Position numbers and translations under genes: made by a program
NCBI GenBank assembly: GCA_963718235.1
Contig: CAVQYR010000001.1
Location: 352,001 to 416,000 of the forward strand
Direction: 5' to 3'
Length of the DNA: 64,000 bases
From: an uncultured Actinomycetota bacterium
Lineage (GTDB): Bacteria; Actinomycetota; Actinomycetes; JAHEKZ01
The notes under the pieces: generated by a model
What the model was told of the DNA's origin: nothing
Databases searched by the model: none
What the model saw: only the letters and a program-made list of their open reading frames with translations
In this document: positions 27,826 through 37,818 of the stretch, one piece after another
Layout: each line of letters begins with the position of its first letter
Numbering within the stretch: the first letter of the stretch is position 1

Positions 27826-28018
27826 GCCACGCCTCCGAGTCTGAGTGTGCCGAGGTAGGCACCTGAATCGAACAGTGCCACTCGCGGCAGTTCCCTGCAA
27901 GCGAATCGGGTCATGAAGAGCACCTGACCTTGGCTGCGCGAGCTCGTCGTGTCGACCACTCGCCCCAGGGGTGGGAATGGTCCACGAAGAACAGCTGAAA
28001 GCGCCTACTGTCTGCTCT

Positions 28019-28837
28019 GTGCTGCTGACCATGCTCGGCGTCCGAGGTTCGACTCCCGCGCCGGGGCCGGAGTTCGTCCGGTACGGCGGACACACCTCGT
28101 GCATCGCCCTGACCGCCAGCGGCCACGATCGTCCAACCCTCGTGCTGGACGCCGGTACCGGCCTGCGTGCCCTGACCTCCCTTCTGGACGGTCGGCCGTA
28201 TCGAGGGTCGATCTTGCTGAGCCACCTCCACTGGGACCACACCCAGGGTCTGCCGTTCTTCGTCGCAGGGGACCGTGACGACGCGGCAGTCGATGTCTAC
28301 CTACCCGCGCAGGAGGGACTGAGCGGGTTCGACCTGTTGGCGCAGTCCATGTCGCCGCCGACCTTCCCGATCACGCCTGCTGGTCTGCAGGGGAAGTGGT
28401 CCTTCAACGCACTCGAACCTGGCGAGTGCCGGGTCGAGGGGTTCACGGTTACTGCAGCAGACGTGCGCCACAAGGGCGGGCGAACGTTCGGGTACCGCAT
28501 CTCCGACGGGACCCGGGCGGTTGCCTTCCTGCCCGACCACGTGGCCAGGGGGGAGGTGACCGAGGAGCTGCAGCGGATCGGTGGTGGCGTGGACCTGCTC
28601 GTCCACGACGCCCAGTTCGTGGAGTCTGAGCGAGAACTCGCTGACGCCTACGGTCACTCGACCGTTGACGACGCTGTCGAGCTCGCGGTGTCCCTCGGGG
28701 CCCGCCGACTCGTCCTGTTCCATCATTCGCCGGCGCGAACCGACGACCAGCTGGACGCGATCCTGCGCCAGCTGAGCTGCCCGATCCCCGTCTCCCTGGC
28801 CCGCGAGGGCCAGGTGCTGGAGGTTGCCTCCGACTGA
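28019..28837 (+). CDS. MBL-fold metallohydrolase (RNase Z / cNMP-phosphodiesterase-like)
   Basis: GVRGSTP, YGGHTSC, LDAGTG, SHLHWDHTQG, HDAQF, GHST and FHHSP motifs. Confidence 0.88.
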   Translation: MLLTMLGVRGSTPAPGPEFVRYGGHTSCIALTASGHDRPTLVLDAGTGLRALTSLLDGRPYRGSILLSHLHWDHTQGLPFFVAGDRDDAAVDVYLPAQEGLSGFDLLAQSMSPPTFPITPAGLQGKWSFNALEPGECRVEGFTVTAADVRHKGGRTFGYRISDGTRAVAFLPDHVARGEVTEELQRIGGGVDLLVHDAQFVESERELADAYGHSTVDDAVELAVSLGARRLVLFHHSPARTDDQLDAILRQLSCPIPVSLAREGQVLEVASD

Positions 28838-28930
28838 CGGGCTCGAGGTCCGTGCGCCGGCGTCGGCTGCGTGGGCGACGCGCATGGCATCGGTGTCCGG
28901 CATCTGTTGCGCGAGTGGCAGGGTGTTGTC

Positions 28931-30757
28931 GTGAGCTTTGGCACCGGAGGCACTGCCCCTCCCCGGCAGCGGAGGGGCTGGTCAGGTCGTGGCCTGGCCG
29001 TTCTCGCCCTGGCCGGGCTCTCCTGGGTGGCGGCCCCACCGGTCTCCCAGGCGGCCGGCCAGGATCCGGTCGTCGTGACCGCCTCCGGCTCGGTGCGCGG
29101 AGTGGCAGAGTCCGGGCTCGACGTCTTCCGAGGGATCCCGTACGCCGCCCCGCCGGTCGACGAGCGACGCTTCCGACCACCTGCTCCCGTGGCGCCCTGG
29201 ACCGACGTCCGCGACGCCACGGCGTTCGGCCCGGCCTGCCCGCAGGACCCCGACGAGCACGAGATGGCCGAAGGCACTCCGACGTCCGAGGACTGCCTCA
29301 CCCTCAACGTGTGGTCCCGGTCAGACGGTGCGCAAGCCCCCGTCGTGGTCTTCATCCATGGCGGTGGGTTCACCGCTGGCTCCACGCTGGATCCCTGGTA
29401 CGACGGAGCCGCCTTCGCCCAGCGCGGGATCGTGTTCGTGAGCCTTCAGTACCGCGTTGGCCCGCTCGGCTGGCTCGACCTCAGCAAGCTCGGGCCGCAG
29501 TACGCGACCAGCGGCAACGATGGTCTGCAGGACCAGATGGCAGCGCTGCGCTGGGTGCGTACCAACGCCGCGGCGTTCGGGGGTGACCCGAAGAACGTGA
29601 CCATCGTCGGCGAGTCCGCGGGCGCGATCAGTATCTCCGCGCTGCTGGGGTCACCTGCCGCCGACGGTCTGTACGACCGAGCGATTCTCGAGAGCGGCAC
29701 GCCGGGAACCGTCGCCACGCGCGACTGGTCCCAGCGCGTCTTCGAGCGGTTCGTCGAGTTCTCCGGCGTCTCCGAGCCTGAGGACATCCTGAGCCTGCCG
29801 ACGGACCGGGTGCTCGACGCAGCTCGCCAGATCTACGACACCGAGCTCTCCGACACCGCGTTCCACCCCCTTGTTGACGGCGTGATCCTGCCGCAGCTGC
29901 CGATGAGACGGATCGCCGCGGCGGACGGTCCGAAGGTGCCGGTGATCATCGGGACGAACCTCGACGAGGCTCGGTACTGGCTGTACTACATCCCTGAGCT
30001 CGACCGCCTGCCGTTGCGCTACTACCGACCGTGGCTTGAGTCCCTCGTCGGTGAGCGTGCCGACGACGTCATCGCGGCCTACCGGGCCGAGCGACCCGAG
30101 CTCGACGAGGCCCAGACCGGACTCGCGCTGTCCGGTGACGTCGGCTTCCGGATGCCCGCGATCCGCATGGCCGAGGCACTGTCGGCCCGTGGCGTCCCGG
30201 TGTGGATGTACTTGGCCACCATCGACTCGCCGGACCTCGACGGCCGCATGGGGTCCGCACACGCGATCGAGCTGCCGTTCGTGTTCGACAACCTCACCGC
30301 CGACCGTGCCCCCGAGCTCGTCGGGACGGACCCGGCGAACGAGGCGCTCGCCGACACGACACAACGGCTGTGGGTGTCGTTCGCCACCGACGGGGTCCCG
30401 TCGGCGTCTGGGGCCCCGAAGTGGCCGACCTACGACGCTGCCGATCGCACGACGCTCCTGCTCGACCGGACGCTTGCGATCGAGGACGACCCCTACCCGG
30501 CGAGCCGCAATGCCTGGGGGCCGATGCGGTTCGACGGCTCGGATCCTGGCCTGAACCGCCTGACGGCGCTGCAGTACGAGGGCACGAACCCCAACGACCC
30601 ACTCGTGATCGCTGCCGTCATCGGCTGGCAGTGGGTGATCCTCGGTGGAGCCGTCCTGATCGGCATCGTGGTCGCGTTGGCGCTCCTGCTGCGTTGGGTC
30701 CTCCGGCGGCTCCGGCTCGGTTCCGAACGGCGTGAGTCGACACCCATGCCCCGATAG
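28931..30757 (+). CDS. Type-B carboxylesterase with signal peptide and C-terminal TM anchor
   Basis: FRGIPYA, SEDCLTLNVW, HGGGF, GESAG and AHAIELPFVF. Confidence 0.9.
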   Translation: MSFGTGGTAPPRQRRGWSGRGLAVLALAGLSWVAAPPVSQAAGQDPVVVTASGSVRGVAESGLDVFRGIPYAAPPVDERRFRPPAPVAPWTDVRDATAFGPACPQDPDEHEMAEGTPTSEDCLTLNVWSRSDGAQAPVVVFIHGGGFTAGSTLDPWYDGAAFAQRGIVFVSLQYRVGPLGWLDLSKLGPQYATSGNDGLQDQMAALRWVRTNAAAFGGDPKNVTIVGESAGAISISALLGSPAADGLYDRAILESGTPGTVATRDWSQRVFERFVEFSGVSEPEDILSLPTDRVLDAARQIYDTELSDTAFHPLVDGVILPQLPMRRIAAADGPKVPVIIGTNLDEARYWLYYIPELDRLPLRYYRPWLESLVGERADDVIAAYRAERPELDEAQTGLALSGDVGFRMPAIRMAEALSARGVPVWMYLATIDSPDLDGRMGSAHAIELPFVFDNLTADRAPELVGTDPANEALADTTQRLWVSFATDGVPSASGAPKWPTYDAADRTTLLLDRTLAIEDDPYPASRNAWGPMRFDGSDPGLNRLTALQYEGTNPNDPLVIAAVIGWQWVILGGAVLIGIVVALALLLRWVLRRLRLGSERRESTPMPR

Positions 30758-30988
30758 CTGGGCGCCGGTGGACCCTCGAGCCAACCCGGTGACATGGACC
30801 CGCTCCGGCTTGATTGGCTCGGTGGGCTGAGTCTCTCCCGCGCTCCCGTGTGAGTGGCGGCAGCGCAGGTCACCGTGCGTGCGACTTGGTGGTCCCGTCG
30901 CTATCATTCGAGCGATGTCCTGCCTCGACTCGTCGCGGTCGACCGCCTTGCTCCGGCTGGGTAACCCGGCCAACAAGCAGAGCCGTCG

Positions 30989-32182
30989 ATGATCGACGTC
31001 TACCTGCACATCGGTGCTCCCAAGACGGGAACGACCTCGATCCAGCGCTCACTCGAGAACGCCGCTGAACCTCTTCTCGAGGAGGGCATCCTGTTTGCCG
31101 GCGGGACTCGGGCGGTCCAGAGACGTGCGGTCTTCGACGTTGTCGGCCGGAGGATTCCAGGGGCAGACACCACCAAGCTCGTCGGTTCCTGGCGTCGCCT
31201 GGTCGAGGAGATTCATGCGTGGTCGGGACAGTCAGCGGTGGTCTCCGACGAGCTTCTCGTGCTTTGCCGTCCCAAACAGATAGCCCGAATCGTGCGGGAT
31301 CTGGCAGGGCAGCGAGTCCACGTGGTCCTGGGGCTGCGTGACATCGGCAGCCTCGTTCCATCGACCTGGCAGCAGGAGGTTCGCAAGGGACGGGCGTTCA
31401 CGTGGGACGAGTACATCTCGGCGGTTCGCGACCCAGCGACCGGACCCGCCACTGCCGGGGTGCCGTTCTGGCTGAGGCAGGACCCGCTGCGGATCCTTGA
31501 CGCATGGGAGAGGCATGTGTCGCGCGACGAGATTCGGTTGGTGACGTTGCCGAGGAAGGGAAGCCCGCCCACGGTACTGCTGGGGCGGTTCGCCGACGCG
31601 GTAGGTATCACGGCAGGTGTTCTGGAGCCGGTCAAGAGCTCCAACCCGTCGTTGGGCAGCGTTGAGACCGAGGTCATCCGCCGGTTGAACCAGGGCTTGG
31701 GGGCGAAGGCGAGCACTCGTGGCCATCTCGATCTGGTGCGCGCGATCATCCCCGGGCTCACGGCGCATCCGGGGCGTCCACTGCGGCTTCCACAGGATGA
31801 CCTGCCTTGGGCTGTCGCCTACACGGATGCGCTTTCCAGCGAACTGAGGAGTCGTGGCTACGCCGTCTTCGGCACACTCGACGACCTAGCGCCGACGGCT
31901 GCTGCCTCGGGCGAGCGACGCATCGACGACGTAACCGACGTCGAACTGCTGGATGCGACGGAAGTCGCTCTACTGGGGCTGTCGCGAAGGTACACCCGAG
32001 TGCGGCGCGCCGGGTTCGCTGAGGCCGACGAGATGTCAGATGTAGGTGTCCGTGAGCGAGTTGCGAGCTCAACCCGCGCCGGAGGGTTCAAGCTGCGGCT
32101 GGCAGCACTCGAACACGCCAACGACAACCGATTGCTTCGATGGCTGGCACAGCGGAAGGTCGGCAAGCACGACTCCCGCTAG
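30989..32182 (+). CDS. Sulfotransferase-like P-loop protein
   Basis: N-terminal YLHIGAPKTGTTSIQ and VVSDE motifs. Confidence 0.7.
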   Translation: MIDVYLHIGAPKTGTTSIQRSLENAAEPLLEEGILFAGGTRAVQRRAVFDVVGRRIPGADTTKLVGSWRRLVEEIHAWSGQSAVVSDELLVLCRPKQIARIVRDLAGQRVHVVLGLRDIGSLVPSTWQQEVRKGRAFTWDEYISAVRDPATGPATAGVPFWLRQDPLRILDAWERHVSRDEIRLVTLPRKGSPPTVLLGRFADAVGITAGVLEPVKSSNPSLGSVETEVIRRLNQGLGAKASTRGHLDLVRAIIPGLTAHPGRPLRLPQDDLPWAVAYTDALSSELRSRGYAVFGTLDDLAPTAAASGERRIDDVTDVELLDATEVALLGLSRRYTRVRRAGFAEADEMSDVGVRERVASSTRAGGFKLRLAALEHANDNRLLRWLAQRKVGKHDSR

Positions 32183-32383
32183 CTCACGTGGTGCGAGCAC
32201 GGAGCCAGTGACGACGCCGGCAGGCGACCTCCGAGGTAGAAGGGCCCTGACGAGGGTGCTGGCAATGGCCTGAAGTCTCATGCGCCGTCCCGCTGGGCGA
32301 GGCGTCGCCCTTCCAGCCGCCTCGTCGCCGACGGCGCACGTGCAAGAGGACCCTGCGGATCAATCCCATAGGCTTGGCTGGTC

Positions 32384-33274
32384 ATGGATACGACGAGGCC
32401 TCCCGACCGTTCCGGCGCGCTCGCGCGACTGGTCGACGGCCCGCGGTTCAACGGTGCGATCGCCGCAGTCATCGTCGTCAATGCCATCATCCTGGGTCTC
32501 GAGACGTATCCCGGAGTGGTCGCTGAGCACGGGGCTGCCCTGCTGCGCCTCAACGAGATCTTCTACGCCGTGTTCCTCGGTGAGCTGGTGCTGCGCTTCG
32601 CTTCGTACCACCGCCGACCGTCGGACTTCTTCCGCAGCGGATGGAACGTGTTCGACCTCGTCGTCATCGGCGCCGTGCTCATCCCCGGGGTGCGCGAGCA
32701 GGCACAGCTGCTTCGCATCCTGCGCCTGGCCCGAATCGTCCGGCTGGTCCGATTCCTTCCTGATGCCCGCGTGCTCGTCCTCACTGTCATCAAGTCGATT
32801 CCCTCGTTGTTCAGCATGGTCGTGCTCGTCGTCCTGCTGATGTTCATCTACGGAATGGTGGGGTGGGCGGCCTTCGGGGAAGCGCTGCCTGAGACCTGGG
32901 GAACGATCGGTCGGTCGATGCTGACTCTGTTCGTACTGCTCACGTTGGAGAACTTCCCGACGTACCTCGCCGAGGCTGAGGGTGTCAGCGCATTCGCGAT
33001 CCCGTACTTCCTCTCCTACCTTCTCCTTGCCGCGTTCCTCGTGTTCAACCTGTTGATCGGGATCGTGATCAGCTCGATGGAGAAGGCCCGAACGCACTAC
33101 GCGAACGAGAGCGCCGACGCGGATCGCCCCTCGGGGTCCGAGCCGCTCGCATTGGCGACCGGCGACGGACTGCAAGGGAAGATCCAAGAGGTCCGTGCGG
33201 CACTCGATGCGCTGGAGGGCGAGCTGCAGAGTCGAGGCCCGGTCTCCGACTCGGCGAACGGCAGGAGGGAGTAG
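32384..33274 (+). CDS. Bacterial voltage-gated Na+/Ca2+ channel (BacNav-like ion transporter)
   Basis: GWNVFD; S4 segment LRILRLARIVRLVR; pore LTLENFP; FNLLIGIVI; coiled-coil tail. Confidence 0.9.
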   Translation: MDTTRPPDRSGALARLVDGPRFNGAIAAVIVVNAIILGLETYPGVVAEHGAALLRLNEIFYAVFLGELVLRFASYHRRPSDFFRSGWNVFDLVVIGAVLIPGVREQAQLLRILRLARIVRLVRFLPDARVLVLTVIKSIPSLFSMVVLVVLLMFIYGMVGWAAFGEALPETWGTIGRSMLTLFVLLTLENFPTYLAEAEGVSAFAIPYFLSYLLLAAFLVFNLLIGIVISSMEKARTHYANESADADRPSGSEPLALATGDGLQGKIQEVRAALDALEGELQSRGPVSDSANGRRE

Positions 33275-33307
33275 CCGACCACCGAGGGTGACAGCCTCGG
33301 CGGTCGG

Positions 33308-34660
33308 TCACCTGGCCTTTCCCTGGTCTTGCGACGGACGCTCGAACAGGCGACTGACGGTGGCCCAGGTGCGACCGGAGCGCGCCCGCTCCGGAGCGGC
33401 CCAGTCCGCGCAGGCGACCCCGGTGTCCGGGCTGGTGCGGTGCTCGCTGAGCATCTCGGCCCACAAGGGCTCGATCAGCTGATAGGTGACGAGCCGCTCG
33501 AGGTCGTGGTAGACGCCGTACCCACGCGCTGTCAGGTGGTAGCCATCAGGCGCGCACCGCAGCAGGCCGGCGAGCGCGAGCGAAGCGAGACCGGCCCTGG
33601 CACAGCCCGCAACGGTGCTGCCAAAGGAGTGATCGAGGCCTCCAGGGTCGATCCGGCCGGAGTAGGCCTGCCAGAAGGCGTCGTACGCCGCGCCGGCCCA
33701 AGGACCGAGATGCAGCCACCGGGCCACGGGGAGCCGACCAGCCTCGACGGCGTCGGCGTAGGCGGTGACCCCGAAGTGGTTGACGTAGAAGTCCCTCCCG
33801 GCGAACGAGGAGCTACCGGCCCCCATTCCAAGGAACCGACGCCGGGTGATCGAGGTGTACGCCGGTGCCCCACGACGGTTGAACGTCCAGACCGAACGTC
33901 GTTCGTAACCCATTCGCCGGGCCAGAGCTGACACCTGGGCCAGCACGGCATGCTCCTTGCGCCGGTCATGGCTGGCGGTCCCGAAGGGCGTGTAGCCGAA
34001 GCGCATCAGCGGGTACGTCGACACCTGGTCGACCCCCAGGTCGAAGCAGGTTCGGGCGTCGGCGATGAAGGCACCGGGGAAGGCCCCTTGCTCCTCCCAG
34101 GCCACGTCGACGATGAGATCGACGTCGACGCAGTCGAACTGCCCCAACGAGGCCTCGACGGCGGCGAGGCTGGTGGCGGCGTCGTGCGGGCGGTGCAGTC
34201 GCTCCAGCACACCGTCGTGGAAGGACTGCGCTCCGATGCTCACTGCCGTGAACCCCATCTCGGCGAGCCGGCTCAACCTGGCTGGAGTGCCATGGGTGGG
34301 GAGCACCTCGATCGCTCGCTCGCCGGAGACCGGGATTCTCCGGACGAGGTCGGCCAGGTCGTCTGGGTACAGGGTGGGCGTGCCTCCACCGACGTACAGC
34401 GACGTGAAAGGCCGGCCTCGAGCCGCCTCGTACTCAGTGACGTACCAGTCGATCTCGCGCTGCAGTGCGGCGAAGTACCGACGAGCCAGCGCGTCGACCG
34501 CCTTCACCTTGTTGTAGGGGCAGAAGGGGCAGATCCACTCGCAGAAGGGCACGTGGACGTAGGCACCGATCGGGCCATCGAACGAAGCCATGATGTCTAC
34601 CGGGCGCAGATCCTGGGCGTGACCGACGCCCGGGGTCACCCCTTCGTGGACCAGGGACAC
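33308..34660 (-). CDS. HemN-like radical SAM protein
   Basis: YVHVPFCEWICPFCPY, YVGGGTPT and SIGAQSF. Confidence 0.85.
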   Translation of the reverse strand: MSLVHEGVTPGVGHAQDLRPVDIMASFDGPIGAYVHVPFCEWICPFCPYNKVKAVDALARRYFAALQREIDWYVTEYEAARGRPFTSLYVGGGTPTLYPDDLADLVRRIPVSGERAIEVLPTHGTPARLSRLAEMGFTAVSIGAQSFHDGVLERLHRPHDAATSLAAVEASLGQFDCVDVDLIVDVAWEEQGAFPGAFIADARTCFDLGVDQVSTYPLMRFGYTPFGTASHDRRKEHAVLAQVSALARRMGYERRSVWTFNRRGAPAYTSITRRRFLGMGAGSSSFAGRDFYVNHFGVTAYADAVEAGRLPVARWLHLGPWAGAAYDAFWQAYSGRIDPGGLDHSFGSTVAGCARAGLASLALAGLLRCAPDGYHLTARGYGVYHDLERLVTYQLIEPLWAEMLSEHRTSPDTGVACADWAAPERARSGRTWATVSRLFERPSQDQGKAR

Positions 34661-34842
34661 GGGATCCTCCTCAGCCGCTCACCTCACTGTCCGGCGCGGC
34701 CGACCGCGACCGCCAGGGGCGTTTGGCCCCGCCCGATGCTGAAGAAGCGCCCGCGACCGGCGGATGTCCTTGGGTGCGTGGTCTGAGCCTCAGGCGGCGT
34801 TAGGGCCGGACACGTCGGGCGGGCCCGGGGTCCTCGGCTCGG

Positions 34843-37611
34843 TCAGGGGCGAACGACGACGGTCCAGGTGATCGCCGTACCTGCCGCGGAGTTGGCGTTG
34901 GCGACCAGGCCGCCGCACGGTCCGACGGGCTGGTCGCCTCCGCTGTCGGCCGACAAGGTAGAAAGTGCCCCACCGGCACTGCCGAACGTCGTGCCCCGTA
35001 CCGACACCCCAGCAGGTGGGGTCCACGACGTAGTCGTGCCCGAGGACTTGTCAACCCAGTACGAGACGACCCAGGACCCTTCGGCGATGACCTCGCCCGC
35101 CGGCGTGGTGTGGGTGCCGGTGGCGAGCTGTCCGGCGGAGGTCGCCGTTGCGAAGCCAGCACCGGTGACTCCCCGGTAGGCCAGGACCTCCAGGGCCACC
35201 TTCGCCGCGCCGCCACTGATGGGAACCTGGATCGTCGCGCCCGCGTCACCGTCGGCCGCCACGCGGCTCAGGACCCGGGTGACCTGGCTCCCGGTGACCT
35301 GTTGCCCGACAACGGACCAGCCGGGCGGATCCGTGGCTGGTCGGCTCGTGGAGTTGACGCTGAGGAACAGGAGAAGTCCGTCACCGCCCTGCACGTCGGA
35401 CGGGACGGTGACCTTGGCCAGCTTGGTGCTGGCGTTGGTCCGCGTGCCGCCGACGAAGTTCAACGTCGGAGGCGGCGGAGGGGTGGCCGAGACCGTGACG
35501 TCGCGCGTGATGACGTCAGTCAGCGAGGCCTCGTCGGTGACGGTGAGGACCACGGCGTAGACCCCGTCGTCGGCATAGGTGTGCGAGACGAACGGACCAC
35601 TGGACGTCGTCCCGTCGCCGAAGTCCCAGGCGTAGGTGGCGAGCGGGCTGTCCCCCTGGGTCGAAACGGACCCGTCGAAGGACACGGCGACGCCATCGGC
35701 GACCCATGAGAACGCCGCCGTGGGTCCAGGACCGCTCTGGCTGCCCACCCGCCGGGCCGGCGGGATCCCCGAGACTGGCTCGTCCCGGAGCAACCAGACC
35801 GGGTTCGAGCCCGCGACGATCGTGCCTGAGCCGTTACGGACGACGGCCCGGACGAAACAGCTCGACCGGGTGTCCACATCCACGTCGACGAAGCCGGCTG
35901 CGAACGAGCCGGCCGGGAACGTCGTCGCTGTGGTGACCGGGTCCGGGACGGACGCACCGGCGTAGTCGACGACGCCGCGGACCACCTGGACCGAGCCACC
36001 CGACGGCAGTCCAGCGGCGACCACCCGCACCGTCCGCGAGGCGACCGGCTCGACACTGACCGACCCCATGGGGATGGTTCCGTCGACGAGGAGGTCGAGC
36101 TGACCCCTGAAGCCGTTTGGATCTCCAAAGTAGACCCGACCCGAGGCCAGCGAGTGCGTGAGCGCCGGAAGCTCGGTGGTGTCCGCCCACGCCCAGGTGA
36201 AGAAGTTCGTGACCTGGGTCAGCCAGCTCTTGCCACTGTGGTCATCGCTGACTCCCGTTCCGGTGAGGAACACCGCATTGCGGGACAGGGCGTCCCACAG
36301 CGAGAGGTATCCCTCGATCGCCACTCCACCCTTCGTGGGGAGCCCGACCTCGAGGATGTCGCAGCCGTACGCCCGGTTGGTGATCAGGTCGGTCGCGGTG
36401 CTGCGACGCAGCGCGTCCTGCGCGGACTGGCTCGAAAGACTGCCCACGCCGTTGCCGAACGGGTGGTTGTAGCTCGCCACCCCGCCGGCCTGGTGGACCT
36501 GAGCGGCCGCAGCGATCATCGCACCGACACTGGCGTCGGCCTTCCACGGCGGCGAGGTCGGGGCCGGCAGCGTGAGCGTGCCACCGAACCAGTTCATGTG
36601 CTCGCGCAGCATCGACCACTCGAGTGCGACATGCTGGGTCACCGTGGGGAACCGCGTTGCGTACGACGCGGCAAGGTCTTTCTGCAGAGCCAGGACCTCT
36701 TGCGGCGACTTGCGGACTCGGTTGAACCGCAGATGGTCGACGACGACGTCGGTGCGGGTGCCGAGCCGGGAGCCGACGCCGATCCCGATCCCGTAGAGGG
36801 AGGAGTCACGACCGTCGAACCAGGGCCACAACGCGGCCATGTCCTGCACGGGGTCGATGGTCAGCGTCGTCCAGGATCCGGACGAGGCGGGGATCGTGAC
36901 GATGCCGTTGCGCCCCTGGGCCACTCGACTCCCGGCGCTCCGGTCGCCACCGACGCGGTACTCCAGCGTGTACGTACCGGCGGCTTGCCCCCCGCCCGCC
37001 GGGCGCTGGGAGGTCGTGATGAACACGCCGAGGTATCCGTCGGCCCCGACCGTGACCGGCAGCACGTCGAGCTCGAGGGTGGTTCCGTCCAGCGACGTCC
37101 GGAACAGGCTGTTGTACTGCGCGCCGTTCAGCCGGTAGGTGGCGTAGGAGCTGGCCGTGCTGCGTCCGACCAGGCGAAGCGCGGAGGAGCCACTCGGATC
37201 GGTGGGCGAGATCGGGCTTCCGACGAAGGTGGCCGACTTCTCGGAGAACGTTCCCGCCGTGGCGGCCGTCCAGGTCCAGCTCAGCCCGTTCTCGGCCTCG
37301 GAGAGCCCGTTGAAGTGGATGACCTGGCGGGCTCCGGACGCCGTCATCCGGAACTCGTGCTCGGTCCACCAGACCACGTCGACGGCGTTGCGCGCCGCTT
37401 GGTCGAGCTGTGCCTCCATGCTCGCCGTACCCTCGCTGAAGCACGCATGGATGTGCATCGCCATCGACCAGGGGCGCAGGACGGAGGCGTCGCCGAGCAA
37501 GGCAGGCGACAGCGCCGTCGGTGTGCGAAGCAGGTGACCCAGCGGTCCGACGGCCCCCATGGCCAGGGTCCCTCGGAGGAACGATCGACGACTGATGGTC
37601 GGCAGCTGCAC
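34843..37611 (-). CDS. Tat-exported PHP-type metallohydrolase with a PKD domain
   Basis: SRRSFL Tat motif; HIHACFSEG, TEH, NHPF and GVSDDH; PKD motif YAWDFGDG. Confidence 0.8.
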   Translation of the reverse strand: MQLPTISRRSFLRGTLAMGAVGPLGHLLRTPTALSPALLGDASVLRPWSMAMHIHACFSEGTASMEAQLDQAARNAVDVVWWTEHEFRMTASGARQVIHFNGLSEAENGLSWTWTAATAGTFSEKSATFVGSPISPTDPSGSSALRLVGRSTASSYATYRLNGAQYNSLFRTSLDGTTLELDVLPVTVGADGYLGVFITTSQRPAGGGQAAGTYTLEYRVGGDRSAGSRVAQGRNGIVTIPASSGSWTTLTIDPVQDMAALWPWFDGRDSSLYGIGIGVGSRLGTRTDVVVDHLRFNRVRKSPQEVLALQKDLAASYATRFPTVTQHVALEWSMLREHMNWFGGTLTLPAPTSPPWKADASVGAMIAAAAQVHQAGGVASYNHPFGNGVGSLSSQSAQDALRRSTATDLITNRAYGCDILEVGLPTKGGVAIEGYLSLWDALSRNAVFLTGTGVSDDHSGKSWLTQVTNFFTWAWADTTELPALTHSLASGRVYFGDPNGFRGQLDLLVDGTIPMGSVSVEPVASRTVRVVAAGLPSGGSVQVVRGVVDYAGASVPDPVTTATTFPAGSFAAGFVDVDVDTRSSCFVRAVVRNGSGTIVAGSNPVWLLRDEPVSGIPPARRVGSQSGPGPTAAFSWVADGVAVSFDGSVSTQGDSPLATYAWDFGDGTTSSGPFVSHTYADDGVYAVVLTVTDEASLTDVITRDVTVSATPPPPPTLNFVGGTRTNASTKLAKVTVPSDVQGGDGLLLFLSVNSTSRPATDPPGWSVVGQQVTGSQVTRVLSRVAADGDAGATIQVPISGGAAKVALEVLAYRGVTGAGFATATSAGQLATGTHTTPAGEVIAEGSWVVSYWVDKSSGTTTSWTPPAGVSVRGTTFGSAGGALSTLSADSGGDQPVGPCGGLVANANSAAGTAITWTVVVRP

Positions 37612-37818
37612 GATGCCCTCCCGTTCGACGCGGCCCCCAGGTCACGTCGAACCTGTCGGACCCGGCCGGTCGTGAGTGCATCGTCCACCGATCAGGCGTC
37701 GCACCAAGGGAGGCGCGCCGAGCCCTCTGGCTGGAGCCAGCAACCACCTCTCGCCGGATGCACCGAAGGGCCCAGCAGACGACCGCCAGGCCCTTCGGTG
37801 ATGCCGGTTCGACCCGGG

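Noticed and set aside
19051-28837. Labelling the locus as Pycsar, CBASS or Avs defence
   Set aside because: No CD-NTase and no recognisable cell-killing effector (TIR, nuclease, 2TM-cNMP); Crp and operator boxes point to regulation. Defence is not excluded but is unsupported.
33308-34660. Radical SAM protein as a maturase for the peptide
   Set aside because: HemN-like, no SPASM or RRE features visible, 10 kb away and separated by unrelated genes.
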